From: Octopus bimaculoides
Lineage: Eukaryota
DNA: 40,641 bases
NCBI RefSeq assembly: GCF_001194135.2
Contig: NC_068984.1
Coordinates: 133,965,466 to 134,006,106 of the forward strand
Direction of reading: 5' to 3'
The position numbers and the translations under genes are program-made. This document shows, one piece after another, positions 9,796-22,567 of this stretch. The notes beneath the pieces are model-generated. The model was not told where the DNA came from and did not search any database. It saw only the letters and a list, made by a program, of their open reading frames with translations. Each line of letters starts with the position of its first letter. Within the stretch, counting starts at the first letter, position 1.

Positions 9796-11578
9796 ATTTA
9801 GATATTATTGGGATACTTAGTTTGTTTTGAGAATGTGAAGGTTAAACCTTAGAGTTCAGTGTTTTGACTTTTGCATTTAGATGTGTTACTTTGTCTATCA
9901 AGTTTTAGGGGACTGGAATTTAAGGGTTAACAAAAGAATGTAAGTATGTGGTAGGATTTAGTTAGTTTGCAGTTTGGTATTATAAGTAATAACAACCTGT
10001 TAGCTAACTAAACCTTACCAAATACTTACATTCTTCTGTGAACCCTGAAATACCAATCTTATTTCATTGGGAAGGTGTTGGTTATCACATAAGAGTCTAC
10101 CACTGAGGTTAGTATAGAAAATTTGTTAATTAAATTTTTTAATGTTCATAAGAGTATGTATGTAGGTTTAAAAGTTGTTGGTCAGTATGTTTGTCCCCAG
10201 GGATAATTGTTCTGGAAAATATTTGGCTGCTATTTATAAGTTTGTACATATATATTTAAGGAGGTGAAGTTTATAGGATGATCTTAATAAATATTTCTTA
10301 TGTACAATTTCAATTTTTAACTTAACAGTCATTATATAAAGCCAAGATGAAAATAAATGACTTACAGTCTGATGATGGGTTAGATGGCAGAAACTTAGAA
10401 GTCACTGTCAACACTAGTCTTGTTAAAGAATGATACACACACACACAAACAATATCTAGCCATAGAAATCTGCCTCATAAAAGTTTCATCCAACCCACGG
10501 AAGTTTGGAAAAGTGGACTTGGATTAAAATGATGATGAGGTGGTGATTTGTGTGTATGTGATCCTCATCATCAACAAACAAAATTTGTTGAGGCAGATTT
10601 TCTATGGCCAGATGCCCTCCTTGTTTCCAACCCTAGCTTGTTTTCAACCAAGGTACTATTTTCCCATTGCTACATATAAATCAGAGAAGATTGGGAACAA
10701 AAAAACCTCACTTGTACGATGATGATGTTGTCTAGATGGGGGTTCATGCATGTACACATACAAATACACAGATATATGAGCGGCATCTTTCAATATATAT
10801 ATATATATCTCCACAGACAAGATATAAATATAAAAGTACATACACAATCATTGTACTATATCTTAAGTGTAAACATGACAATGTTATTGTGGTTGATTAA
10901 CTTTTAATTTTGCCTATATTCTTCTATCATCAAAAGACCAAGCAGTTTGTTAAATTCTATTTGGTTTTAAATATTAATGTTATTGTTTTATTGAAAATAA
11001 CTGATGTTGTTTATAACCATTAATTATTCCAAGATTAATGAGTCTTGTCATCATTGTGCACTTTCAATCATAGAAAATTGATAAATCAAAATATCAAAGG
11101 AGAGCTCATTGATCGCGGTCTTAAGGTAAATACGACCAAAACCGCTTTAGAATTTACAAGATCTCAGAGGATATAAAACATTAAAACACAGAGTGTTAGA
11201 TTGTGTAGAGACAGTACTGTGTCCCTTTTTATATTTAAGATGAATGAGAGAAATATGTCTTTTTCTATAGGACTTTATGTGTGCTTGTAATTATAGTATA
11301 TGCATGTATAACCATATATAGTGTCAGAGGATGTTAAAGTTAGCCAGGTATAGTCACCAAATGGTTTGTAATTATAGTATATGTATGTATACACACACAT
11401 ATATATATTATAAAGTGTGTGTTAGAGAATGCTAAATCTAGCATGGTATAGTTACCAAGTAGTGCTCAAATAATTCTGAAACTTAAGTTCCAACTCCTTC
11501 ATTCAAGACAGGAAGCACCAGTGTCAGAAGTCAGCTATAAGAAGGATCTTTTTTGAGCAGGTATGGAATTTGCCATTT

Positions 11579-11609
<31 letters not shown>

Positions 11610-11759
11610 TGCATGCATGCACACACATACACAAACACACATATATGTAAGCATGTATGTATCCAGGAAAATAAGTCACAGAAATAAAAGTCTGAATATA
11701 CGTGTAATGCCATAATTCTATGTAAGAAGTTTTCAATAGGTACATGTCACATGACTGAC

Positions 11760-11798
11760 TTAAAATTTTAATTTCCTTGTCTTACTTTGCTTAAGAAA
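11760..11798 (-). CDS. PPP1R21: Candidate alternative terminal exon, FLKQSKTRKLKF-stop
   Basis: actaaccttttattcag|TTT CTT AAG CAA AGT AAG ACA AGG AAA TTA AAA TTT TAA; branch-point-like CTAAC, in frame with the phase-0 donor at 15433. Confidence 0.35.
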   Translation of the reverse strand, partial: FLKQSKTRKLKF

Positions 11799-12846
11799 CT
11801 GAATAAAAGGTTAGTTTTTTTTTTTTTTTGTCATAAGTGTAATATCATCTTACATATATTGTGCACAAGTCACGTACTGCTAGTGAATAAACTGATTAAA
11901 AATATATTGTTTTACTACTTTGTTTGTAGAATTTAAATAAAATGAGACTTTTTTTTCCCAGCTAAAATTGTAACTTCTCTTCAGTTTGTTTTTCAAGCCA
12001 CCATATGTGTGTGCATGTGTGTATCTATGTATGTGTTTGTGCATAGGCATGCACAAATAGTCAAGAAGTTCACTCTGCAATCAAGTGGTCCCAGATTTGA
12101 TCCAACCGAGTGATATCTCTGGCAAGTGTCTTTTTCTCTCACAAAAGCCCCTGGGTTGACCCAAGGCTTTCTAGCGAAACTGGACACATGGAAGATCTTT
12201 ATGTCTGCCTGATGGATTTTAATTTAAAGAAGCAGCTTTCTCACACACGATGTAACATTTGTTAGCTGTCTAATTGACCAAACAACTGACAAAATGGACA
12301 GGATCCATTTACTTCTACTTACATTTTAACACACACACACATGTATATAATTATGTTTATGTACAAACACATATGGATGGTTATACATACATATATAGAT
12401 ATACATATATATTATGTGCACATATCTATATACAATATATATACTCGTAATTGTGTGCACATATACATATAAACATACATATGCATACAAATACACATGC
12501 GCACACACTTGTCTATGCATGTGCATACACACACATGCATATATATATATATATATATATATATGTTTAAAGTCACGCACACACATATTATCACATAAAT
12601 ATAATATACACATAACTACAACACAAACGCAAATACATATTAAACATGGTTTATCAGTGCCAATATCCTTCTCCAGGTTGATGCCGATTTGAGTGAAATG
12701 TTCACGGTTACAGTGCAATAATTGTGACAGGTTAAAAGTCATGGTCCATGAAGACACAACAGCTTAGCACTGTGTCCAAGTGGCCGCAGACCATCACACA
12801 CATACATAAATACACACACACATGTAATTACAAATATGATGGATGG

Positions 12847-12870
12847 TCATTTCTTGAACTTCTTTTGGCC
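12847..12870 (-). CDS. PPP1R21: PPP1R21 probable terminal coding exon, GQKKFKK-stop
   Basis: Very strong pyrimidine tract ...ctttctttgttcatttcag|GGC CAA AAG AAG TTC AAG AAA TGA; a short basic tail like the recalled human GNSKKNKSR. Confidence 0.78.
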   Translation of the reverse strand, partial: GQKKFKK

Positions 12871-15800
12871 CTGAAATGAACAAAGAAAGAAAAAAAAAAA
12901 AAAAAAATTATTATCATGTCAGTAAACACTTGTAAAGAATTAAAAAAAAAAATACAGATTTTAATAGAAGTAAGTGAATTTTGAAATATGTTTGGAATAG
13001 TTTACTGGTCAGATTTATAGACATATCACAAGAGTTTACAGAGGTGGAGACATGATAGTGTAGTTAAGAAGCTTGTTTTGCAACCAACTGGTTTTGGGTT
13101 CAGTCCTACTGTGCGGCATCTTGAGCAAGTACCTTCTACTATATAGTCCTGGGTCGACCAATGCCTACTACTATATTATATATATATATATACTCCTTAC
13201 TCTTTTATTTGTTTCAGTCATTTGACAGTGGCCATGCTGGAGCACCGCCTTTAGTCGAGCAAATCGACCCCAGGACTTATTCTTTGTAAGCCTAGTACTT
13301 ATTCTATCAGTCTCTTTTGCCGAACCGCTAAGTTACGGGGACGTAAACACACCACCATCGGTTGTCAAGCGATGTTGGGGGGACAAATACAGACACAAAC
13401 ATACACACTCACATACATATATATATATATATATATANNNNNNNNNNNNNNTATATACATACATATACGATGGGTTTCTTTCAGTTTCCGTCTACCAAAT
13501 CCACTCACAAGGCTTTGGTTGGCCCGAGGCTATAGTAGAAGACATTTGCCCAAGGTGCCACGCAGTGGGAATGAACCCGGAACCACGTGGTTGGTAAGCA
13601 AGCTACTTACCACACAGCCACTCCTACGCCTACATATATATATATATTTATTTAATCACACACACACCACATACATAAACATTATCCAAACCACAATACA
13701 TGCATTTATGCATCCACCCATCAGCTTATTTTGATAATTATAGAAACAGTACACAGATATAACAAACCTTCCTAACTACATGCTACCCACACCCCTACCC
13801 ATATATTGAACCTCTACACTCCCGGCCAAGCCAGCTGTTTTATCAAAAATATTTACATTGGTTCAAGTTACAAGTGTTTTAGCTTTAATAACTGAACTTT
13901 CACCTTGACATTAAAATAGAACTGTTCTGACAAAAAGGGGACATTATTTCAGAAAGATTCAACGGGAGGAGGAGGAGCAAATGAAATCAGATGAAATGAG
14001 AATTACTTTAACCTTTAATCAGATTAATCAAATATACTGATAAAAACAGTAGAATATAAATTCTTGTATTTACTTGTATTGTATTTACTATTTAGTTTAA
14101 ATTTTAAAAAAATGATAAATAATAAAATAATATTGGCTTCAAATTTTGGCAAAAGACCAGCAATTCGGGGGAGGGAGTATATCAATCACATCGATGCCAG
14201 CGCTCAACTCATACTTATTTTATCAACCCCAAAATGATGAAAGACAAATTTGACCTTGCCAGCATTTGAACTCAGAACTTAAAGACAGACAAACTGCTGC
14301 TAACCATTTTGCCTGGCATGGTAATGAATCTGCCAGCTTGCTGCTTTAAACAATCCTTTCTATTACAGGCACGAGGCCTGAAGTTTTGCAGGAGGGGACT
14401 AGTCAATTACATCAATCCCAGAATTTCGCTGGTACTTAATTTATCGACCCCGAAAGGACGAAAGGCAAAATCGACCTTGGTGGAATTTGAACTCAGAACG
14501 TAACAACAGGTGAAATACCGCTAAGCATTTTGCCCAGCGTGTTAGCGATTCTGCCAGCTCACTGCCTTTTGCTGCCTGAAATAATGAAATAATATTAACC
14601 ACTGCACTAATAACTCTTTTACTTGTTTCAGTCATTTGACTGTGGCCATGCTGGAGCACCGCCTTTAGTCGAGCAAATCGACCCAAGGACTTATTCTTTG
14701 TAAGCCTAGTACTTATTCTATTGTTCTCTTTTGCCGAATCACTAAGTTGCAGGGACGTAAACGCACCAGCATTGGTTGTCAAGCAATGCTGGGGAGGACA
14801 AACACAGACACACAAACATATACACACACATACATATATATGTATATATATATATACATATATATATATATAAAACGGGCTTCTTTCAGTTTCCGTCTAA
14901 CAAATCCACTCACAAGGCTTTGATCGGCCCGAGGCTATAGTAGAAGACACTTGCCCAAGGTGCCACGCAGTAGGACTGAACCCAGAACCATGTGGTTGGT
15001 AAGCAAGCTACTTACCACACAGCCACTCCTGTGCCTAAACTCTAGAAAAAATGCAACTATTTTTAGCTGAATTCTAAATAAAATACTCTTGTTATTACTG
15101 TCAAAGCTTATCACTAAATCGCAAATAGTAGATAACTAAAACTGAACTGATATCTCATTCTTGGGATATATTTACTACACCCTGGATTTTATTCTTCCAA
15201 AGTAGGTCACTATTCAATAAATAATTAAACTTTCAGCAAGGTATGGCTAGGGTGCGGGCAAGGTTGTACCGTTCAGAAATTTGCTTTGCTATCTTTTGCT
15301 TTGTGAGTTTAAAAACCTATTGCATGGCAATTTCGACATGTGTTTCGAGTCATAGCCCTCTGAATCAAATTGGATAAACAGAAATAGTATGGAAGCTTTG
15401 AACATGGAAATGAATTTTAGGCAGATACTTACTTTAGACATTGCTTGCTGCATCTTTAATTCATCAATCTCGTCCTTCTGAGTGGTAAGTTTCTCATTCA
15501 TACTGGCCAAATGCTCACTCATCATTCGGAGTTGGCCCTCATAGCTACGAGTTGTGGTAGCTAACTCATCCTGTATTGAAATGAAAAATTAAAAGAGATT
15601 CATTCTGTGTACTAAAGGAAAAGAAAGCAACAATGACAATTCAAAATCAGGAAGACCTGGGAGAAGAAGGCCTTTCCTCAGGGAAAGAAAGCCTAGAACC
15701 AAAAACGATGTAGAAAAATCATCAATGGCCTATGCGCCATAGGGTGTGAAGAGCAGTAATGATAGAATATTGGGCTGAATAATTTGCAGTATTTATTTGG

Positions 15801-18800
15801 GCTTTACACAATGTTACCAAGGTCAAATTTTGCCTTAAAGGTCAATAAATGAAGGACCAGCCAAGTTGTAGATGTTGATTTCTCTCTCTTTCCTTCTCAA
15901 TTTCACCTCTTTCTCTCTCTCTCTCTCTGGAAGATATTACTTGTAGTTAAATGTGGAAAAGGATGGGCTTTGCTGGGTTTGAATACCCAAGGCATGTCAG
16001 ATATCACAACAACACTCCTAAAACCTCATCAGGAGCAGAAGGATTAAGGTGAGGTGATCATAAAAGTGAGTTATCGGTGAAGATAAATAGATAGAGAATT
16101 TCTTCACTACAGATAAGATATCAAGAAACATGTGTATTGATAAATAATAAAAGTTAGTACAACAACATTTAAAAACCTTGTTACAAGATCATCAGGCATT
16201 CGTATACCAATTATATTACTGAAGATGGAGGACTAACGAATGTGATAGATTACTTGATAAATGCCAAACAGCATTTCGTTCCATCCAACTATATCGTTAA
16301 TTCACATCATCCTCTGATGCAGATTTTATTTACATTGAATTTAAGATTAGTAAACTAAGTACCTATCACTTAGGAACTAGGTATGTTCAATTTCTCTTTC
16401 TCTCTCCTACAAGTCTGTGGTCTTTAACCAATTAAAAAAATAATTTTTACAATACGAACTTTCAACTGGGCTTGCACTGTTGTGGCCTGTTTTAATTCCT
16501 CAATAGATTTTTCTTTGGCTTCTTCTGCAATGGCTAATCTTTTATGTAAGGCCCGGACCTGAAAAACAGTAATATAGCAATGGAATGAATAGATAGAGTA
16601 ATATTGTAGCATAGTGAAATGAATAGATAAATATTGCAGCAGAATGAAATGACAAGGTAGTCTCACAATAACTTGAAGCTATGAAGAAATGGTTAATTCA
16701 AAACAATGAGATGAATAAGCATTACATTTGACAGAATAAGCTGAATGCTAAAAGGTTGAAGAACCACAAGACTGATTTTAACAGCGATCTTATGATCAGA
16801 TTAATTAATCTAAACAAATCTAATATTGAATAGATTAGCAAGAAGAACCTCAATACAATTATTTCTAAACATAAAGAATAGGTATGATTAAATTCATGGA
16901 TAAGATAAATACTTCTAAAGCTAATGGCTGGTCCTATAGTTTAGATATTAAATATCGAATGAGTGTTCTGTAATTCAATAGTAATAATGATTATGCTTCT
17001 ATAGCACAAACCTTACAAGATAAGGTTATAGATTTTTTTAAAACTAAGATTGAAGACTGTGAAATTAGAGTAATTTTACAGACCAAAACTCATCAATGTT
17101 ATTCACTTTGAACAGTCATTTATTTTTGATTAAAGACTGTTTAGTGGTCTCTTTCTTGTCATCATGAGAAGAAGTGACTCAGCAGAGATAACAAATCTAT
17201 ATATATCACTATCATTATCATAATTTTAATGCTCACTTTTGCATGCTCACATGAGTTGGAGAGAATTTGTTGAGGTAGATTTTCTATAGCTGGATGCTCT
17301 TCCTGTTGCCAACCCTATCTTATTACAAGTAAAGTAATACTTCCCCATATAAATCTCTGCCAGTTCACTTAAAAGTGATAAATTACAGTACTTTATATAG
17401 AAGTGTAGAGTATATTATAATTGAAAGGCTCATAATTCCAATTTTCCATGTTACATGATTCCCTTACTAATGTCAACCCCTCTGAGAGTGTAGTGGGTGC
17501 TTTTTATGTGCCACCAGCATGGGAGCCAGTCAAGTGGCACTGGCATCGACCATGCTCGAATGGTGCTTTTTACATGCCACCGGCACAGGTGCCAGTCCAG
17601 CGGCACTGGCAATGACCTCGCTTGAATGTTTTTTCACATGCCACCGGCACAAGTGCCAGTAAGGCAACGCTGGTAATGACCCCGCTCAAATGGTGCTATT
17701 TACGTGCCAATGGCATGGAAGCCAGACAGCTGCTCTGGCAATGATCATGCTCAAATGGTGCTCTTAGCGCTCCACTGGCACAGGTGCCAGTCATCGAATT
17801 TGGTTCAATCAGGACTAAATCTTGGGGCTCTCTCTGCAACCCAGACAAGCCAATGGTAGCCCATTATTATATGTACGTGTATTTTCCAGGAAACCACTTC
17901 CTGTATGAGCAATATTGAAGTCTCTAAGAATATTTGGCAGTGGAGGACATGCTTTGTCCAGTTTTACTTTCACCTCAAAGTAACACAGATTTTGATTCAG
18001 CAGGCCATCTGTAATTGCACCTAGAAAGTTCCCCTCCAAGGCACAAATCTGGATAAGGTTGCCAAATGACCTTCGTAACCACACTTTCATGCCTATTCAT
18101 GCATGTATATTAATTTGCTCTTTGATCTCATCAATACTGTGGTAACAAGATGTTACATGGCTTTTACAGCATTGTTCAAATTAACAGATAAAAAAAAAAT
18201 TATACAAACAAAAATTGTTGAAGAAACTCATTTCATTATAATTACTATTCATGTTGTTGGGTGTTCCACTTCCACAAAATAATGAGATACAAAAGACAAA
18301 GATAAACAACATAACACTAATATTATCTCAGACCACCATAGAACAGAACAAAAGAAAAACAGATGTATCCAGCCAAAATATTCTCTGTTTTATATTCAAA
18401 CTGGGCAGACTTAGTCTCTCATACCTGTTCTACAATGCCATTCTAAAAATAAGCAAACACATCATTGATAACTTGAAGCTATGAAGAAATGCATGGTTAA
18501 TTCAAAACAATGAGATGAATAAGTATTACATTTGACAGTGCAGTCGTCTCTCTTGCACACCACATCTGATGCTTCTTATGTCCAACTTTTCTCTCAGGAT
18601 GCTTACACTCTATTGTTCATGCACACTGACATTACACATCCAGCAGAGCATGCTAGCTTCATTTCTTTCAAGCCTACGCATGTCTTCAGCAGTCACAGCC
18701 CATGTTTCAATGCTGTGTAGCATGGCTGTTTGCAAACAGGCATTATACAGTCTGCCTTTCATTCTGAGTGAAAGGTGCTTTGTTACCAGTAGAGGTAGGA

Positions 18801-19107
18801 GCTCTCTGAACTTTGCCCAGACTATTCTTATTCTAGCAACTACGGTCTCAGAGCATCACCTAGGTAATGGAAGCTATTGACTACTTCTAGTTTTTTTCCC
18901 TGGCATATGATGGAATCTATTTTCTGTACATTTTTGGTGTTTATTGTATCTGTGCACCTTCCACACAGAAAAACCATCTTGCCAGTTAACCTTCCTCTGA
19001 TATTGCTGTACCTCTTATGTGTCCACAGCTTACACCAGGTACGTCTAATATAGTTTCTACCTACACCTTTCCTACAGATCAAGCAGAGATTTGGGATTTG
19101 CCCACGT

Positions 19108-19168
<61 letters not shown>

Positions 19169-21500
19169 AAAGTTTTGGATAAAGTTAGCAACTGAAAACA
19201 ACTTACCTCTGCATGGAAATTAATTGCTTTGCTTTCAGCCAACTGAAGATTCAGTGTTAGTTGGTTAATACGATTAGTTAGGTGGTCTTTGATCAATTGT
19301 TCCCGGCTGTCAGCATCGACTGAGGATGCTTTCATTAGCTGTTCACGGCTATCACCATCTGATATAGGTATATGGCCTGTTCTAGAGTCAAGTGATGGAG
19401 AATGCTGTTACCCATCAAAGAGACAGAAAAATAAAGGAAAAGAGATCAATTGTGATATTTGGGATGATTTTTAAAAAAAACTATATTTTAAGTAGTAAAA
19501 ATTAATTCAAAGAGATTGGTTTAGCAGCCGCTGGTTGACCGAGGGCTAAAGTAGAAAACTCTTGCTTTATGTAACATACAGTGAGACAGACCCAAAAGCA
19601 CTTGTGTATTCAAAGGAGACTTGCATACACACACACACATATAGATAGATGTCACATACAAACACATTTGAAAGAAGAACAGAAAACAATATCAATAATA
19701 TTTTCAAAAGATCATTCCTACAGCTGTTTCAAAGATGTTTACATGATAGGATTACTATACAGTTTATAAGAATTATCTTGTCCAGGAGATTTTATTGTAC
19801 ATGGATATGCTTTATGTATGTAATCTAAGGATTTTAACATAATATGAGGGTAAAGTGTTGTAGGCTGATTATGAAGGAGTGATGCTGGAATTGTAAAATC
19901 TTGCCTGCATTAATTTCTCCTCTTCTTCTTAATAACTGAATTGTTTCTTTACAGGTAAACTAACATCTGACTGTTCAAAGAAGACTTCAAAAATAACTAG
20001 TAGCAACTTCTCTTGATAAAATTAGGCATTGTGGTGTTACCAAGTACTTGCAGAAAAAGAGTTTAGCTCCCAAGGACATTCATGCTGACATAGTTGCTAC
20101 ACTAGGGGATGATGCTCCAGCATTCTCAACAGTGAAAAAGTAGGCAGCTAAATTTAGGAGGGGAAAGGAGAGTCTTGAAGATGACCCAAAGTCTGGATGT
20201 CTTGCAACTGCCACTACTGCGGTAAACATTGGCCATGTTCACCACATGGTGATGGATGATAGGCAGTTGGCTATAAATCAAATAGCCAATGCTATTAGCA
20301 TATTCTGTGAGAGAGCTGAGAATCTTCTGCACAATGAACTTTGCATTATGAAGGCTTCTACTCAGTGGGTGCTACGTCTTCTGACACCTGATGAAAAGCA
20401 CACCATGCTGATCATATCAAGAGAAAATCTGATTTTATTTGAGGCAGATTCAGCTGGTTTCCTTGGATTCAGCCAGGATGATTGTTGGGTTCATCAGTTT
20501 GAGACAAAAAGACAATCCATGCATTGGAACATCCCTTCTCACCTACTTCAAAGAAAGCAAAGGTCATTTCATCTGCAGGGAAGGTGATGGCCTCAGTTTT
20601 TTGGGGATGCAGAAGACATTGTTTTTATTGATTATGTCCAAAAGGATCAATGAGAATACTATATCAACTTGCTGAGGCAGTTATGAAAAGTTATCAAAAC
20701 CAAATGCTGAGGAAAACTGATGCAAGTAGTCTTGTTTCATCAGGAAAGTACCCCAGCACACAAGTCCAAGCTTTCAGTGGCTGTCGTGCAAGACTGTTGC
20801 TTTGAACTGGTTGACTACTCTCTCTATTTTCATGATTTAGCTCCATCTGACAATCATTTGTTCCCCAATATGGAAAAACATTTTGCTGGAAACCAGACTT
20901 TTTTCAGCAGCCAGATGAAAGTTCTTCCCCAATGGGATCCAAGCACTGCATCACCAATGGAAGAAGTGTATGGACTGCAAGGGGGTACTATGTTGAAAAA
21001 TATGTCTCATATGGACACATTCCATGAGAATATCTTTGTCAGCCTATGAAGTTCTCAGCAGGCTTTCATAAAATATTATGAGTTCTAATATATTTGGTTA
21101 TCTGTCATGCAAACACAGCACACCTTAATGTGTGTGTGTGTGTGTGGGGGGGGGGGGTTACATAAAAAGCACCATCCAAACGTGGTTGATGTCAGTGCCC
21201 CCCTGACAGGTTCCCATGCCAGTGGCATGTAAAAAGCACCCACTGCATTATCAGAGTGTTTGGCATTAGGAAGGGCATCCAGCTTTAGAAACCTTGCTAG
21301 ATCAGATTGGAGCCTGCTGCAGCCTCCTGGCTTGCCAATCCTCAGTCAAACCGTCCAACCCATGCCAGCATGGAAAGTGGACGTTAAACAATGATAATGA
21401 TGATGATATATGTGCATATATGTGTGTGTTTGTGTGTATATGTATGTGTATACATACATACATACATATATATGTACGTGTGTGTATATATATATATCAT

Positions 21501-21536
<36 letters not shown>

Positions 21537-22275
21537 GTATGTATGTATGTATTTATATGTGTGTGTGCATACATATATATGAGTGATTGGACAATTGAAA
21601 GAAAAGGGCATTCAACACACTTAATAGGTGTTACATGTATTATTTAAAACAGTTTGATTTGGCTCCGTGTGTCTTAAAGTTTCACAGGTCTCTAAAAGAA
21701 ACCCATCACTTTCAGGTTTTAGATAGCTACTGGAAAACAGGCTGCTATTGGTCAAGTTGGGTCATATGGTGTTGTCAAAGTAATATCAGTTGCTCAGTGA
21801 CAGCAGTTCCTTTAGGAAGGGGAATTTCTTTGCCACCAGACGTATGCCCTCCTGGTGAATTACAAACTACCGGCTGCTGGAAACCCAAATATACCACCTT
21901 AACACTGGCTCCAACCATCAGTTCCTATGCAAACTAACCCCCCCCCCCTCACAACCTTATGCATCCCTTACAAGCTCTTAATTTTGCCTCCTTATATGTG
22001 GTGTGCAGACATAAACACATATAAATTCACACACACTCACCGCCCCCGTACACTCCTAAACCCACACATACACACAACCAACACCCACACACATCGATGC
22101 ATATGTTCATGTAATTACACTAGCATCTGTCACATGCATATATATAAATAACAAAAGCTTATGACATATAAGCTCTTCTACGCATGCACACAGACACACA
22201 TGCATATGTACATGCAACTACACACTCACACACATAAATACCACATCTGCAAACATAAATAACAAAAACATATTA

Positions 22276-22306
<31 letters not shown>

Positions 22307-22533
22307 CTGAAAGAAGTCCTTTCAAACATACACCCACACTCATGTGTTCACACACAAATGTAAGATGTATATACTTATGTACAAACACACTTATACTCAC
22401 ACCCTAAATGCATTCATGTTGCGCATGTATGTAGCAGGCACTGACACACATGCACTCACATACACATGCATACATATATACATCCAATATCACACCTATA
22501 TCCATGCTTTCATATATTCCAAGTGTGTGTATG

Positions 22534-22567
<34 letters not shown>

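Noticed and set aside
9843-9930. Tiny TTAA-flanked piggyBac-like remnant
   Set aside because: The putative TIRs are too degenerate to support.
10369-10400. CTGATGA...GAAAC spacing resembling a hammerhead
   Set aside because: No stem II, stem III or stem I pairing.
10987-10992. AATAAA (minus strand) as the PPP1R21 poly(A) signal
   Set aside because: Several equally good hexamers exist in this AT-rich region; it cannot be chosen without 3' end data.
15289-15432. Read-through C-terminal extension in ORF 15289-15525
   Set aside because: A perfect gtaagt donor lies at 15432; the extension is intronic and shows no similarity.
17470-17812. CRISPR-like array of spaced repeats
   Set aside because: The units are degenerate contiguous modules of a eukaryotic retroposon; there are no unique spacers or cas genes.
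17815-18090. 91-aa minus-strand ORF inside the PPP1R21 intron
   Set aside because: No recognisable motif in any frame and no splice sites that fit the host phase.
21660-21930. Possible exon or LINE remnant
   Set aside because: The frame after the best acceptor stops before any donor, and the LINE resemblance is too weak to call.
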